A stretch of DNA of 64,000 nucleotides from contig JBGSIT010000045.1 in assembly GCA_041742335.1 (NCBI GenBank), forward strand, positions 4,992 to 68,991, given 5' to 3'. The DNA is from Rhizobiaceae bacterium. GTDB taxonomy: Bacteria > Pseudomonadota > Alphaproteobacteria > Rhizobiales > Rhizobiaceae. The notes below the pieces were generated by a model, which saw only the letters and a list, made by a program, of their open reading frames with translations, made no database searches and was not told where the DNA came from. Below are positions 40,142 to 47,844 of the stretch, piece after piece (positions within the stretch are counted from its first letter, which is position 1; each line of letters begins with the position of its first letter). A program made the position numbers and the translations under genes.

Positions 40142-40163
40142 GACAATCTCTCCTGGTTTAATG

Positions 40164-41258
40164 TTATCGGCCATCCAGCGCATAGCGGGCGATTTCGATG
40201 CCCATCGCCTTTTCGACCGATGGATAGACCGAAGCGTCCAGCACGCTGGAAGCCAGCGGTATGATCGACTTGGGCACATGGAGCACGTGGATCAGCATGG
40301 CTTCCTCCAACTGGCCGACCGAAAGCGGCTCGCCATCGGAATTCATTGAGGTGATGACATCGGGAAAAGTGGCAATGCGCTGGCCGTCGGCGGTGTCGAT
40401 GGCCATATATTCATTCATAACATGCAGCAGGCAGGCATTCTTTCCCTCGCCGATCGTGACCGTTCCTATGTCGAAGGCTTCTTTGGTATAGACCACCTGC
40501 TTGCGGGTGATGCGGCCTTCAACAAGGATCGTGCCGCCGGTTGTAGCGCAGATCGTGTCGATCACTGCGGCCCCGCCCTTCGGTTCAGCATCGAGAATGG
40601 CCTGACCCAGCTCCAGCGCAAGAGAAATGCCGCCAAGCGCTGCATGGGACTTCACATAGGACGCCGTCACCGGTGCACGCGCCGAGGCAATGAAGCCGCC
40701 GGACATGTCAGAAGCGGTCCGCAGGATCGGCGACACTTTCGCGGTTGCACCGCGCACCACCAGTTCGATATAGCGGTTTTCGGACCGATTGCCGCCAACC
40801 GCCGTCTGGATGGTTTGCTCGGGCGAACCGGCAAGCCCTATCGAGCCCATGTCGCCGGTCGGATGGGCGCGAATGTCACCGACGGCATCGACAACCTTGG
40901 CGCCCAGCGCCACCGCCGGCAGCCAGCCGTTCAGGGTCGAGGACCGGCCATTCTGGCCGACCATGAACCCGGCGATCTTCTTGCCGAGCGCTTCCTCAAG
41001 CAGTTGCGCGGCCTTGACATAATCCACCCCCTGCATTTCCCAGGCGGTGGTTCCGGCCGGCGCGCCGATGGCTGCTGCCGTAGCGATGATGGATTGGGGG
41101 TCCATTTCGTCAATCGAGACCAGTTCCGGCTTGCCCATGCGGACTGCGGCCCTGCCCAGCATGCGGCCATGTTCAACCCAGCCGCCGCCGCCGGCGGCAT
41201 AGATCGAGCCGCCGCGCACCGCAGCCTCGACGTCATCAATGGTCAGAATGCGTCCCAT
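40164..41258 (-). CDS. DUF917 family protein, proposed thiohydantoin-propionate desulfhydrase
   Basis: The N-terminus ..VRGGSIYAAGGGGW..AAAIGAP.. is typical of DUF917 (hydantoinase-associated family). The ATG shares 1 nt with the upstream stop (TGATG). Confidence 0.7.
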   Translation of the reverse strand: MGRILTIDDVEAAVRGGSIYAAGGGGWVEHGRMLGRAAVRMGKPELVSIDEMDPQSIIATAAAIGAPAGTTAWEMQGVDYVKAAQLLEEALGKKIAGFMVGQNGRSSTLNGWLPAVALGAKVVDAVGDIRAHPTGDMGSIGLAGSPEQTIQTAVGGNRSENRYIELVVRGATAKVSPILRTASDMSGGFIASARAPVTASYVKSHAALGGISLALELGQAILDAEPKGGAAVIDTICATTGGTILVEGRITRKQVVYTKEAFDIGTVTIGEGKNACLLHVMNEYMAIDTADGQRIATFPDVITSMNSDGEPLSVGQLEEAMLIHVLHVPKSIIPLASSVLDASVYPSVEKAMGIEIARYALDGR

Positions 41259-42538
41259 CAATTATTCTCCCCGGTTTCCTTGACCGGCTGATCGGCCCGG
41301 TCGATTTTCAATACCGTCTGCAGCAAGACTTCGGTGCCGGCCGCGACAGTAGAACTGTCCGCCCATTCCTCCGGCGTGTGGCTGCGCCCTCCACGGCAGG
41401 GAATGAAGATCATCGCCGCCGGCGCGACCCGCGCAAACCACGCCATGTCGTGGCCGGCGCCGGACGCCATCCGGCAAAAGGCGACGTCAAGTCCCTTGGC
41501 CGCCAGTTCGATATCGTTCAGCAACAGCGGATCCGAGGGAACCGGCGGGTTGTCGGAAATCACCTTGAAGGAAGCAACCTTGCTGCCTTTTTCCGCAGCC
41601 GCCTTTCCCGCCGATTCTTCAAGCTGCCCGATGAACCCAAGCATGTCCTGCCGAAATTCGGAGCGCGCATCAACCAGCAGGCGGGCGGTTGACGGAACCA
41701 CATTGGCGGCATTGGGTTCGATCCGGAATTCGCCCACCGTGGCGGCGAAATGTCCCTTGCAGCTTGCCGCAAGTTTCTGCGCGATGGTTTCAACAAGCAG
41801 AATGATGCCGCTGGCCGCGACAAGCGCATCGGCGCGGTTGAACATCGGCGTGGTCCCGGCATGGTCGGCGCGGCCTTCGATCAGGATTTCGATCCGGGTG
41901 ATGCCGGAAATCGCCGTGACGATGCCGATATCCAGATTGCCGTCTTCAAGCACCGGGCCTTGTTCGATGTGCAATTCCAGAAAGGCCCTTATATCGCTTC
42001 TGGTTGCAGCGGCAAGATTGTCGGGATCGCCGCCGACGGCTGCAATGCCGTCGCGAAGCGTCATCCCTTCAGCTTGTCGCTCAAGCCAGTCGGCAGGCAG
42101 CAAACCGGCTGCGATGCGGCTGCCGATGCAGGACACGCCGAAGATGCTGACCTCTTCGGCCAGGCAATCAATGACCTCGAAATCATGATCAAGAATAGTC
42201 CCCGTTTCGTGAAGGATGCGGGCGATTTCCAGCCCCGTCACCACGCCGGCGATTCCGTCGAAACGTCCGCCGTCCGGCACGGTATCGGAATGTGATCCCA
42301 CCATGATTGCGCCAAGTCCGGATTTTCTGCCGGCAAGTCGCCCGATCAGGTTGCCGCCGGCATCAATCCTTGTCACAAGGCCTGCCCGGCGCATGGCGCT
42401 CTCGACCCAGGCGCGACCATGAAGAAAAGTTGGCGTGAAGGCGCGGCGTGTCCATGGCCGTTCGGGGTCGGTCAATGCGGCGAGAGCCTTGATGTCGGCT
42501 TCGATCCTTTCGGTCCGAGCGGCAAGATTGGATTTCAT
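41258..42538 (-). CDS. M20 family Zn-dependent amidohydrolase (N-carbamoyl-L-amino-acid / allantoate amidohydrolase type)
   Basis: The blocks GGNLIGRLAG, MVGSHSDTVPDGGRFDG and the M20 dimerisation-domain pattern are present. The ATG overlaps the upstream stop (ATGA). Confidence 0.8.
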   Translation of the reverse strand: MKSNLAARTERIEADIKALAALTDPERPWTRRAFTPTFLHGRAWVESAMRRAGLVTRIDAGGNLIGRLAGRKSGLGAIMVGSHSDTVPDGGRFDGIAGVVTGLEIARILHETGTILDHDFEVIDCLAEEVSIFGVSCIGSRIAAGLLPADWLERQAEGMTLRDGIAAVGGDPDNLAAATRSDIRAFLELHIEQGPVLEDGNLDIGIVTAISGITRIEILIEGRADHAGTTPMFNRADALVAASGIILLVETIAQKLAASCKGHFAATVGEFRIEPNAANVVPSTARLLVDARSEFRQDMLGFIGQLEESAGKAAAEKGSKVASFKVISDNPPVPSDPLLLNDIELAAKGLDVAFCRMASGAGHDMAWFARVAPAAMIFIPCRGGRSHTPEEWADSSTVAAGTEVLLQTVLKIDRADQPVKETGENN

Positions 42539-43908
42539 CGCCGAACCTCCAGGCTTGCCGGCGGCCGGACAAATTTCCCCGTTCCGGGTTCGGAGATCAC
42601 CTTGGCCCCGTCAAAGGCCAGTTCGCCACGCAGATAAGTGGCCGAAACCCGCCAGGGCAGGGTGATGCCGTTATAGGGCGACCAGTCGACAATGGTATTG
42701 CCGCTTTTCGCTGCGTCATAGACATAGGGCTCAGGCGCCATGACGGTGATGTCGGCATCGCGACCGACTGCCAATGCACCCTTGACATGATCGATGCGAA
42801 AATGCCGGGCCGGATTTTCCGCCATCAAGCGGGCGGCATGGGTGAGCGAAATATTGCGCTCCAGCGCGCCTTTGACAAAAAGCGGCACCATGGCTTCCAG
42901 ACCGGGCACGCCGGATGCATTGGCCAGCATGTCCGGATTGGTCTTGCGGTTTTCCGACCAGGCGACATGATCGGTCGACACAAGCGTGACATTGCCGTTG
43001 GCGACGTGACGCCAAAGCGCCTCGACCTCGGCGCGCGGTCTGATCGGCGGATTGATCTTGGCCTTGCCGCCAAGGCGGGCGACGTCATTTTCTTCGTCCA
43101 ATGTCAGATAATGAATGCAGCATTCCACAGTGGCCGGGTGCCCGCCGGCGCGGTAGGCCGCCGCCATCTCATAGCCGCGACCCAGCGAGCAATGCACCAC
43201 ATGGGCCGGGCATCCGGTGGCCACCCCGGTCTCATAGATTTCGGCCATGGCGATCAGTTCGGTCATCGGCGGTCGCGATAATCCGTGCGCCCGCCAGTCG
43301 CTGATGCCGGAGGCCTTGACCCGGGCCATGTGGATATCCACCGCCTCATGGTTTTCGTTATGAACGCCCGCAGCAAGACCCGTCGGTGCGATGGCTGCGA
43401 AACAATCGTGCAGCAGTGCCGGGTTGATGCGCGGAAAACGCTTTGGATCGGTGCCGAAGGTGGAAAATTTGAACGCGGCAACACCTGCTGTGACCATTTC
43501 AGCAATCCGCGCCGGGCCTTCCTCTGGATCAATCGTGCCGTAAAGCGCGAAATCCACGCGCGCCTGCTTGCCGGCATGATCGATCTTGCGTCGAACGGCC
43601 TCCGCCGAGCAGACCAGATTGCCTTCGTCATAGGGCATGTCGACAATCGTTGTCACACCGCCGCTGGCCGCAGCGCGGGTTGACCAGATGAAGTCCTCCT
43701 GATTCTTCTGGCTGAGCGAATGAACCTGTGCGTCGATGGCGCCGGGAAGGATCATGGCATCGCCAAGCAAATGGCGTTGCCGGCCCGCAGGCGGCACGCC
43801 CTGTCCGATCATTGCCACTTTGCCATCCCTGATGGCAACGAAACCGCCGGGAATGATCCGGTCGGCAAGGATGACGGCGCCTGCCAGGACGAGATCAAAA
43901 TCGGACAT
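42535..43908 (-). CDS. cyclic amidohydrolase (hydantoinase/allantoinase/dihydropyrimidinase superfamily)
   Basis: The amidohydrolase fold pattern is present (LPGAIDAQVHS, AAFKFS, VHNEN, VVHCS, STDHV). AAGGAG RBS lies upstream. Confidence 0.8.
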   Translation of the reverse strand: MSDFDLVLAGAVILADRIIPGGFVAIRDGKVAMIGQGVPPAGRQRHLLGDAMILPGAIDAQVHSLSQKNQEDFIWSTRAAASGGVTTIVDMPYDEGNLVCSAEAVRRKIDHAGKQARVDFALYGTIDPEEGPARIAEMVTAGVAAFKFSTFGTDPKRFPRINPALLHDCFAAIAPTGLAAGVHNENHEAVDIHMARVKASGISDWRAHGLSRPPMTELIAMAEIYETGVATGCPAHVVHCSLGRGYEMAAAYRAGGHPATVECCIHYLTLDEENDVARLGGKAKINPPIRPRAEVEALWRHVANGNVTLVSTDHVAWSENRKTNPDMLANASGVPGLEAMVPLFVKGALERNISLTHAARLMAENPARHFRIDHVKGALAVGRDADITVMAPEPYVYDAAKSGNTIVDWSPYNGITLPWRVSATYLRGELAFDGAKVISEPGTGKFVRPPASLEVRR

Positions 43909-43946
43909 GGAATTCTCCTTTTGCCGTGGCGGTTGCCGGACGCGCT

Positions 43947-45494
43947 TCAGATCGGATTGCTGAGCGCGAATTGCGTGTCAAATCCGACCATCGGCGCAAG
44001 GCGGACCAGCGAATCTGAAAAGCGCTCCGACCTGAAATCATTGAATATGGCGTCCATGTCGCCCGAAAGCGGCCGGTCTTCGCCGTAAAAATCAGAATGG
44101 GCCCTTACCGAGTCATGTACGAACCCGGCGACGCCTCCCGGCTTGTCTTCCATCAGGTCCATGGCTTGTGCCGCAAACAGCGCCTCAAGTGCCGCCAATT
44201 GCAACAGCGTTTCCACGGCGGAGTCGAAACGCTCGATGATCAGCGGCAGGAACGCGGCCTCGTCCTCCATGCCGTCGGCCATGACCAGCAGTTGGGCCGA
44301 TATCGGCTGGACCTTGGAAACGATGCGGCTGAAGAGATCAGCCGCCAGCTTGACGATCGGCCCATAGCCGGTGGTGACATTGTTGTTGGGCCGCAGATTG
44401 ACCGGCAGGCCGCGAATCTTGCCATTGGCCATCAGGACGCAGCGATTGAGGCAATTGCGGGCCGCATGGGCAATGCCCTGGCTTGCCGATTGCATTCCGA
44501 GACTGACGGAAAGCGGCAGCGAACCGCCGGAGGAAAGGACCCGTCCGTCCAGCACCACCGGATTGTCGTCGCTGCTGCCGGTCGCCAGTTTGACAGCGCG
44601 GCCGGCATTGGAAAATACGTCGATGACCGCACCGAAAATCTGCGGCATCATCCTGAGAGACAGCGGATCATGCAGCCGGGTTACCGGCTGGATATTGGAA
44701 ATCTGCGCCTGTTCAAACAGCCACGAGCCGACGGCTGCTTCACTGGGCGTCCCGATCCGGGCAGCCACTTCCAAAGGATCGCGGGATGCGCCCATGGCGC
44801 AGGCGCTTGCCAGGCCCACCGCCAGCAGCACCCGAAGGGTTCGGGCGGCATTGATCAAGCCGTGGGCGGCGCCCGAATAGGCAATGGCGTTGGAGCTGAT
44901 CGACGACAGGCTGTCCTTGGGCGCCAACCGCAATGTCGTAAGACCCGCCAAACGGAAGGCGGTTTCGGTTGGAACCCTCTTTCCCTGATAGAAGACCTCA
45001 CCCATGCCGGTGAGCACAGTGCCGATCTGGCCCATCAGGCCGATATCGGCGCAACCGATCGACCCGGTTCGGCGCACATAGGGCACGATGTCGGCATTGA
45101 GAAGCGCGATCAGGGCGGTGACCAGTTCGGCCGTGCATCCGGTCTGCCCGGTCAGCGCGGTATTGACCCGTATGGCGATGGCCGAGCGGATGACTTCGGA
45201 TGAAAAAGGTTCGCCTATGCCGAAGTGATGGGCCTTGACCAGTCCGTCATTGAAGGCGGCCAGGTCTTCAGCTCCGAGGATCATTTCCTTCATGGCGCCG
45301 ACACCAGTATTGGCGCCGTAGATAAAGACGCCGGAACTGATGACCCGCTCGAAATCACAGCGACTGGCGCGCACCAGCTTCATGCAGTCCTCGTCGGGTG
45401 CCACCAGCACCTCGCCGCTGCCTATCAGTTTCAACGCAGCAAAGCTTAATGGTTCAGCACTCAACGACAGGCAGGCCTTGGTTCGGATCATCAT
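43947..45494 (-). CDS. aromatic amino-acid ammonia-lyase family protein without the MIO triad, proposed ergothionase
   Basis: The HAL/PAL fold pattern is present (IYGANTGVG Tyr loop, later SSDDNP-type block). At the position of GS(V/I)GASGDL the sequence reads GSIGCADIG (codons at 45053-45045). Confidence 0.75.
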   Translation of the reverse strand: MMIRTKACLSLSAEPLSFAALKLIGSGEVLVAPDEDCMKLVRASRCDFERVISSGVFIYGANTGVGAMKEMILGAEDLAAFNDGLVKAHHFGIGEPFSSEVIRSAIAIRVNTALTGQTGCTAELVTALIALLNADIVPYVRRTGSIGCADIGLMGQIGTVLTGMGEVFYQGKRVPTETAFRLAGLTTLRLAPKDSLSSISSNAIAYSGAAHGLINAARTLRVLLAVGLASACAMGASRDPLEVAARIGTPSEAAVGSWLFEQAQISNIQPVTRLHDPLSLRMMPQIFGAVIDVFSNAGRAVKLATGSSDDNPVVLDGRVLSSGGSLPLSVSLGMQSASQGIAHAARNCLNRCVLMANGKIRGLPVNLRPNNNVTTGYGPIVKLAADLFSRIVSKVQPISAQLLVMADGMEDEAAFLPLIIERFDSAVETLLQLAALEALFAAQAMDLMEDKPGGVAGFVHDSVRAHSDFYGEDRPLSGDMDAIFNDFRSERFSDSLVRLAPMVGFDTQFALSNPI

Positions 45495-45614
45495 GCAGCC
45501 CTGTTCAAATCAGATGGCGGTATCCTATTGCAAGCACGGCGCATTAGGGATATCCCATTTCCTGAACGCTCTATGTCATGAACACAATTTTTCCATGCGC
45601 CGGAAAGGGTTGAT

Positions 45615-46850
45615 TTGGATCTGTCCGCCATAGTCACGGGCGTCGCCGTTCTGGAGGACGTATCGATCCGCGGCGCAAGCCGCAGGCTCGGCAAGCCGGT
45701 GGCAAGCGTCCATGCGGCATTAGACCGGCTGGAGAAGGGCCTTGCCACGGATCTGGTTTTCAGGACAGGCAACTCCATTACGCTCACCCTCGACGCCGAG
45801 CGGTTCCTGACGCCGCTCATGCGCATTCGCCAGCTTTGCGAATTGCTTTGGACGCCCGCGGCCGGACGGAAGCACGATGATTGCGGCCGCGCGGTTGATT
45901 GCGCTTTGTCGCTAAAAGTCCTGCAGCGCTTCAATGAAACCATCCGCGCAGGAAGCATTCGCGGCAGCGCCAGGCGGTTGGGTATCGGTCAGCCGCAATT
46001 GTCGCGTCAGTTGCAGAGAATGGAAAAGGAACTGGGAGCGGCGCTTTTTCACCGCGATGCCGGCGGCATCAGCCTGACGGACGACGGCAAGCGGGTACAG
46101 GAAGCCGCCATCTCGATCATGGCCATCTGGAATGACCTTGTCTCGCCGGCATCGAGCAATTTCAGCCGCACCAACCGTACGATCCATATCGGTTCGGTTG
46201 TGCCCTCAGGGCATGAAAGCCAGGTGGCGCGGCTGCTGGCCACCTTGTTTGCCCGCTGGGAAGGCGTGCGCCGCCGTCATCATCTTTCCTTGAAAAGCAC
46301 CTTGGCGGAAGAGTTGGTCAGCGAGTTGAAGGCAGGCCGGCTTGATCTGGCCATTCTCGATACCGAGGCCGGACCGCTGGGGCTGGACGGCTTGTCGCTT
46401 TCTCGATCCCGCCTCGCACTGATCGGTTATCCCGGTCTTGATACCAGCCGTTCGCCGGATGTGATCATGAGGGAGGAAAAAGTCGCTGTGCCCAGTCGCC
46501 GAAGCGGGTTGAGGCAGGCCGTCAGTGACCTGATGAAGCAGGCAAATGGCGGTGCGGAGGGAACCCCGGACAACTTCGTGGAGATTGATTCCATCCCGGT
46601 CATCGTCAACCTCGTGATCCATCACCGCTTTGTGACGGTCTTGCCCCTGACATCGGTCGCAGGGCTGGAGTCCGGCCTCACAGTCATTGAACTTTCCCCG
46701 CATCTTGATTTGCCGCTCTGGCTGGTCTGGCCGCGCGCCCGGGCGCTGGGCCGGGTTCTTGATGACATTCTCGATTGCCTTGCCGGATTTGAAACGGTGC
46801 CGTCACTGCCTTCGGATCCAGGACTTCGGCGAATCCAGACAAGCCTTTGA
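45615..46850 (+). CDS. LysR family transcriptional regulator with a duplicated N-terminal HTH domain
   Basis: 411 aa. Residues about 2-65 and about 100-160 each fit the LysR HTH pattern. A normal substrate-binding domain follows. The start is TTG 45615. It is divergent from the lyase operon. Confidence 0.65.
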   Translation: MDLSAIVTGVAVLEDVSIRGASRRLGKPVASVHAALDRLEKGLATDLVFRTGNSITLTLDAERFLTPLMRIRQLCELLWTPAAGRKHDDCGRAVDCALSLKVLQRFNETIRAGSIRGSARRLGIGQPQLSRQLQRMEKELGAALFHRDAGGISLTDDGKRVQEAAISIMAIWNDLVSPASSNFSRTNRTIHIGSVVPSGHESQVARLLATLFARWEGVRRRHHLSLKSTLAEELVSELKAGRLDLAILDTEAGPLGLDGLSLSRSRLALIGYPGLDTSRSPDVIMREEKVAVPSRRSGLRQAVSDLMKQANGGAEGTPDNFVEIDSIPVIVNLVIHHRFVTVLPLTSVAGLESGLTVIELSPHLDLPLWLVWPRARALGRVLDDILDCLAGFETVPSLPSDPGLRRIQTSL

Positions 46851-46962
46851 GGACGATTCATTGCAAATGTGGTGAAGTGGATTCAATTTTAGCGAATTGG
46901 TCCACGGCCGGGAAACATCCGCCTGTCTATGTGGCCGAAGAAAATAGTGGCGGAAATCAGGA

Positions 46963-47766
46963 ATGACACGCAGGACAATCACCGAAGATTGGGGCAGGTA
47001 TCGCAAGGGCGAATTCTTTGTCAGCAACAATGTCTGGAACCGGGGCGACCTGGTCAACGGTCAGGATTACAGCCAGTCCATCCATTACAATACCAATACG
47101 CTTGATCGCGGAGTGCGGTTCAACTGGAACTGGCCGGTCTCCGATCACGTATTGGCCTATCCGGAAATCGTCGCGGGTTACAAGCCTTGGGATCGATTGG
47201 GATCTGGAAATCTCACTGCGAAAATCAAGGACATCGATGTGTTCGATGTCCGTTTCGATTTTGATATCGCCGGAAAGACCGGCAATTTCAATGTTGCATT
47301 CGATCTCTGGCTGACAACCAAGCCTAAGGCGGGCGCTGGCAGCATTACCACCGAATTGATGGTCTGGCTGCATGACGGGAAATTGACGCCGGCTGGCGAT
47401 CTGGTCGGGCACTATGACCACAAGGGATTTCACGCCAGCATCTATTTTGCCGAGAACTTTGGTGATGCCAGCGGCAATTCAAGCAAGGGCTGGAATTATA
47501 TTGCACTTGAATCCGACAGCGAAATCCGCAAGGACACAATCGATTTTGCCCATTTGCTGCACAATCTCCAAAAACGCGGACTGATCGCCGGCTCGGATTA
47601 TGTCAACGGTTATGAGTTTGGAGCGGAGGTGACCGGCAACAAGGGCTCGCTCGCCATTCACCGTCTGCACCATGAATTCGAAGCCGGCAATGCCGCGCGA
47701 ACAGTCGACAACCACGGGTCGAATATGGCGCATCAGTTTGCGCAAGCTGACGATTTCCTGTTTTGA
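46963..47766 (+). CDS. glycoside hydrolase family 12-like protein
   Basis: GH12-like blocks are present: VSNNVWN, AYPEIV.G, NVAFDLWL, TELMVWL (nucleophile Glu) and GYEFGAEVTG (acid/base Glu). There is no N-terminal signal peptide. GC is visibly lower than in the neighbours. Confidence 0.55.
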   Translation: MTRRTITEDWGRYRKGEFFVSNNVWNRGDLVNGQDYSQSIHYNTNTLDRGVRFNWNWPVSDHVLAYPEIVAGYKPWDRLGSGNLTAKIKDIDVFDVRFDFDIAGKTGNFNVAFDLWLTTKPKAGAGSITTELMVWLHDGKLTPAGDLVGHYDHKGFHASIYFAENFGDASGNSSKGWNYIALESDSEIRKDTIDFAHLLHNLQKRGLIAGSDYVNGYEFGAEVTGNKGSLAIHRLHHEFEAGNAARTVDNHGSNMAHQFAQADDFLF

Positions 47767-47844
47767 ACCGGATTGACGCGGCAATTACAATTCATCAAAC
47801 CTTGCGCTAGGCTCGGCATTCAACAGCCGGTGGAGCGCTGAACC

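Noticed and set aside
38495-45494. Reading this operon as a standard histidine-utilisation (hut) cluster plus an allantoin/hydantoin cluster
   Set aside because: There is no hutI, hutG or hutF. The lyase lacks the MIO triad. The DUF917, hydantoinase and carbamoylase genes are translationally coupled to the lyase and hydratase in one operon. The ergothioneine-type route explains all five genes at once. It remains an inference until it is tested.
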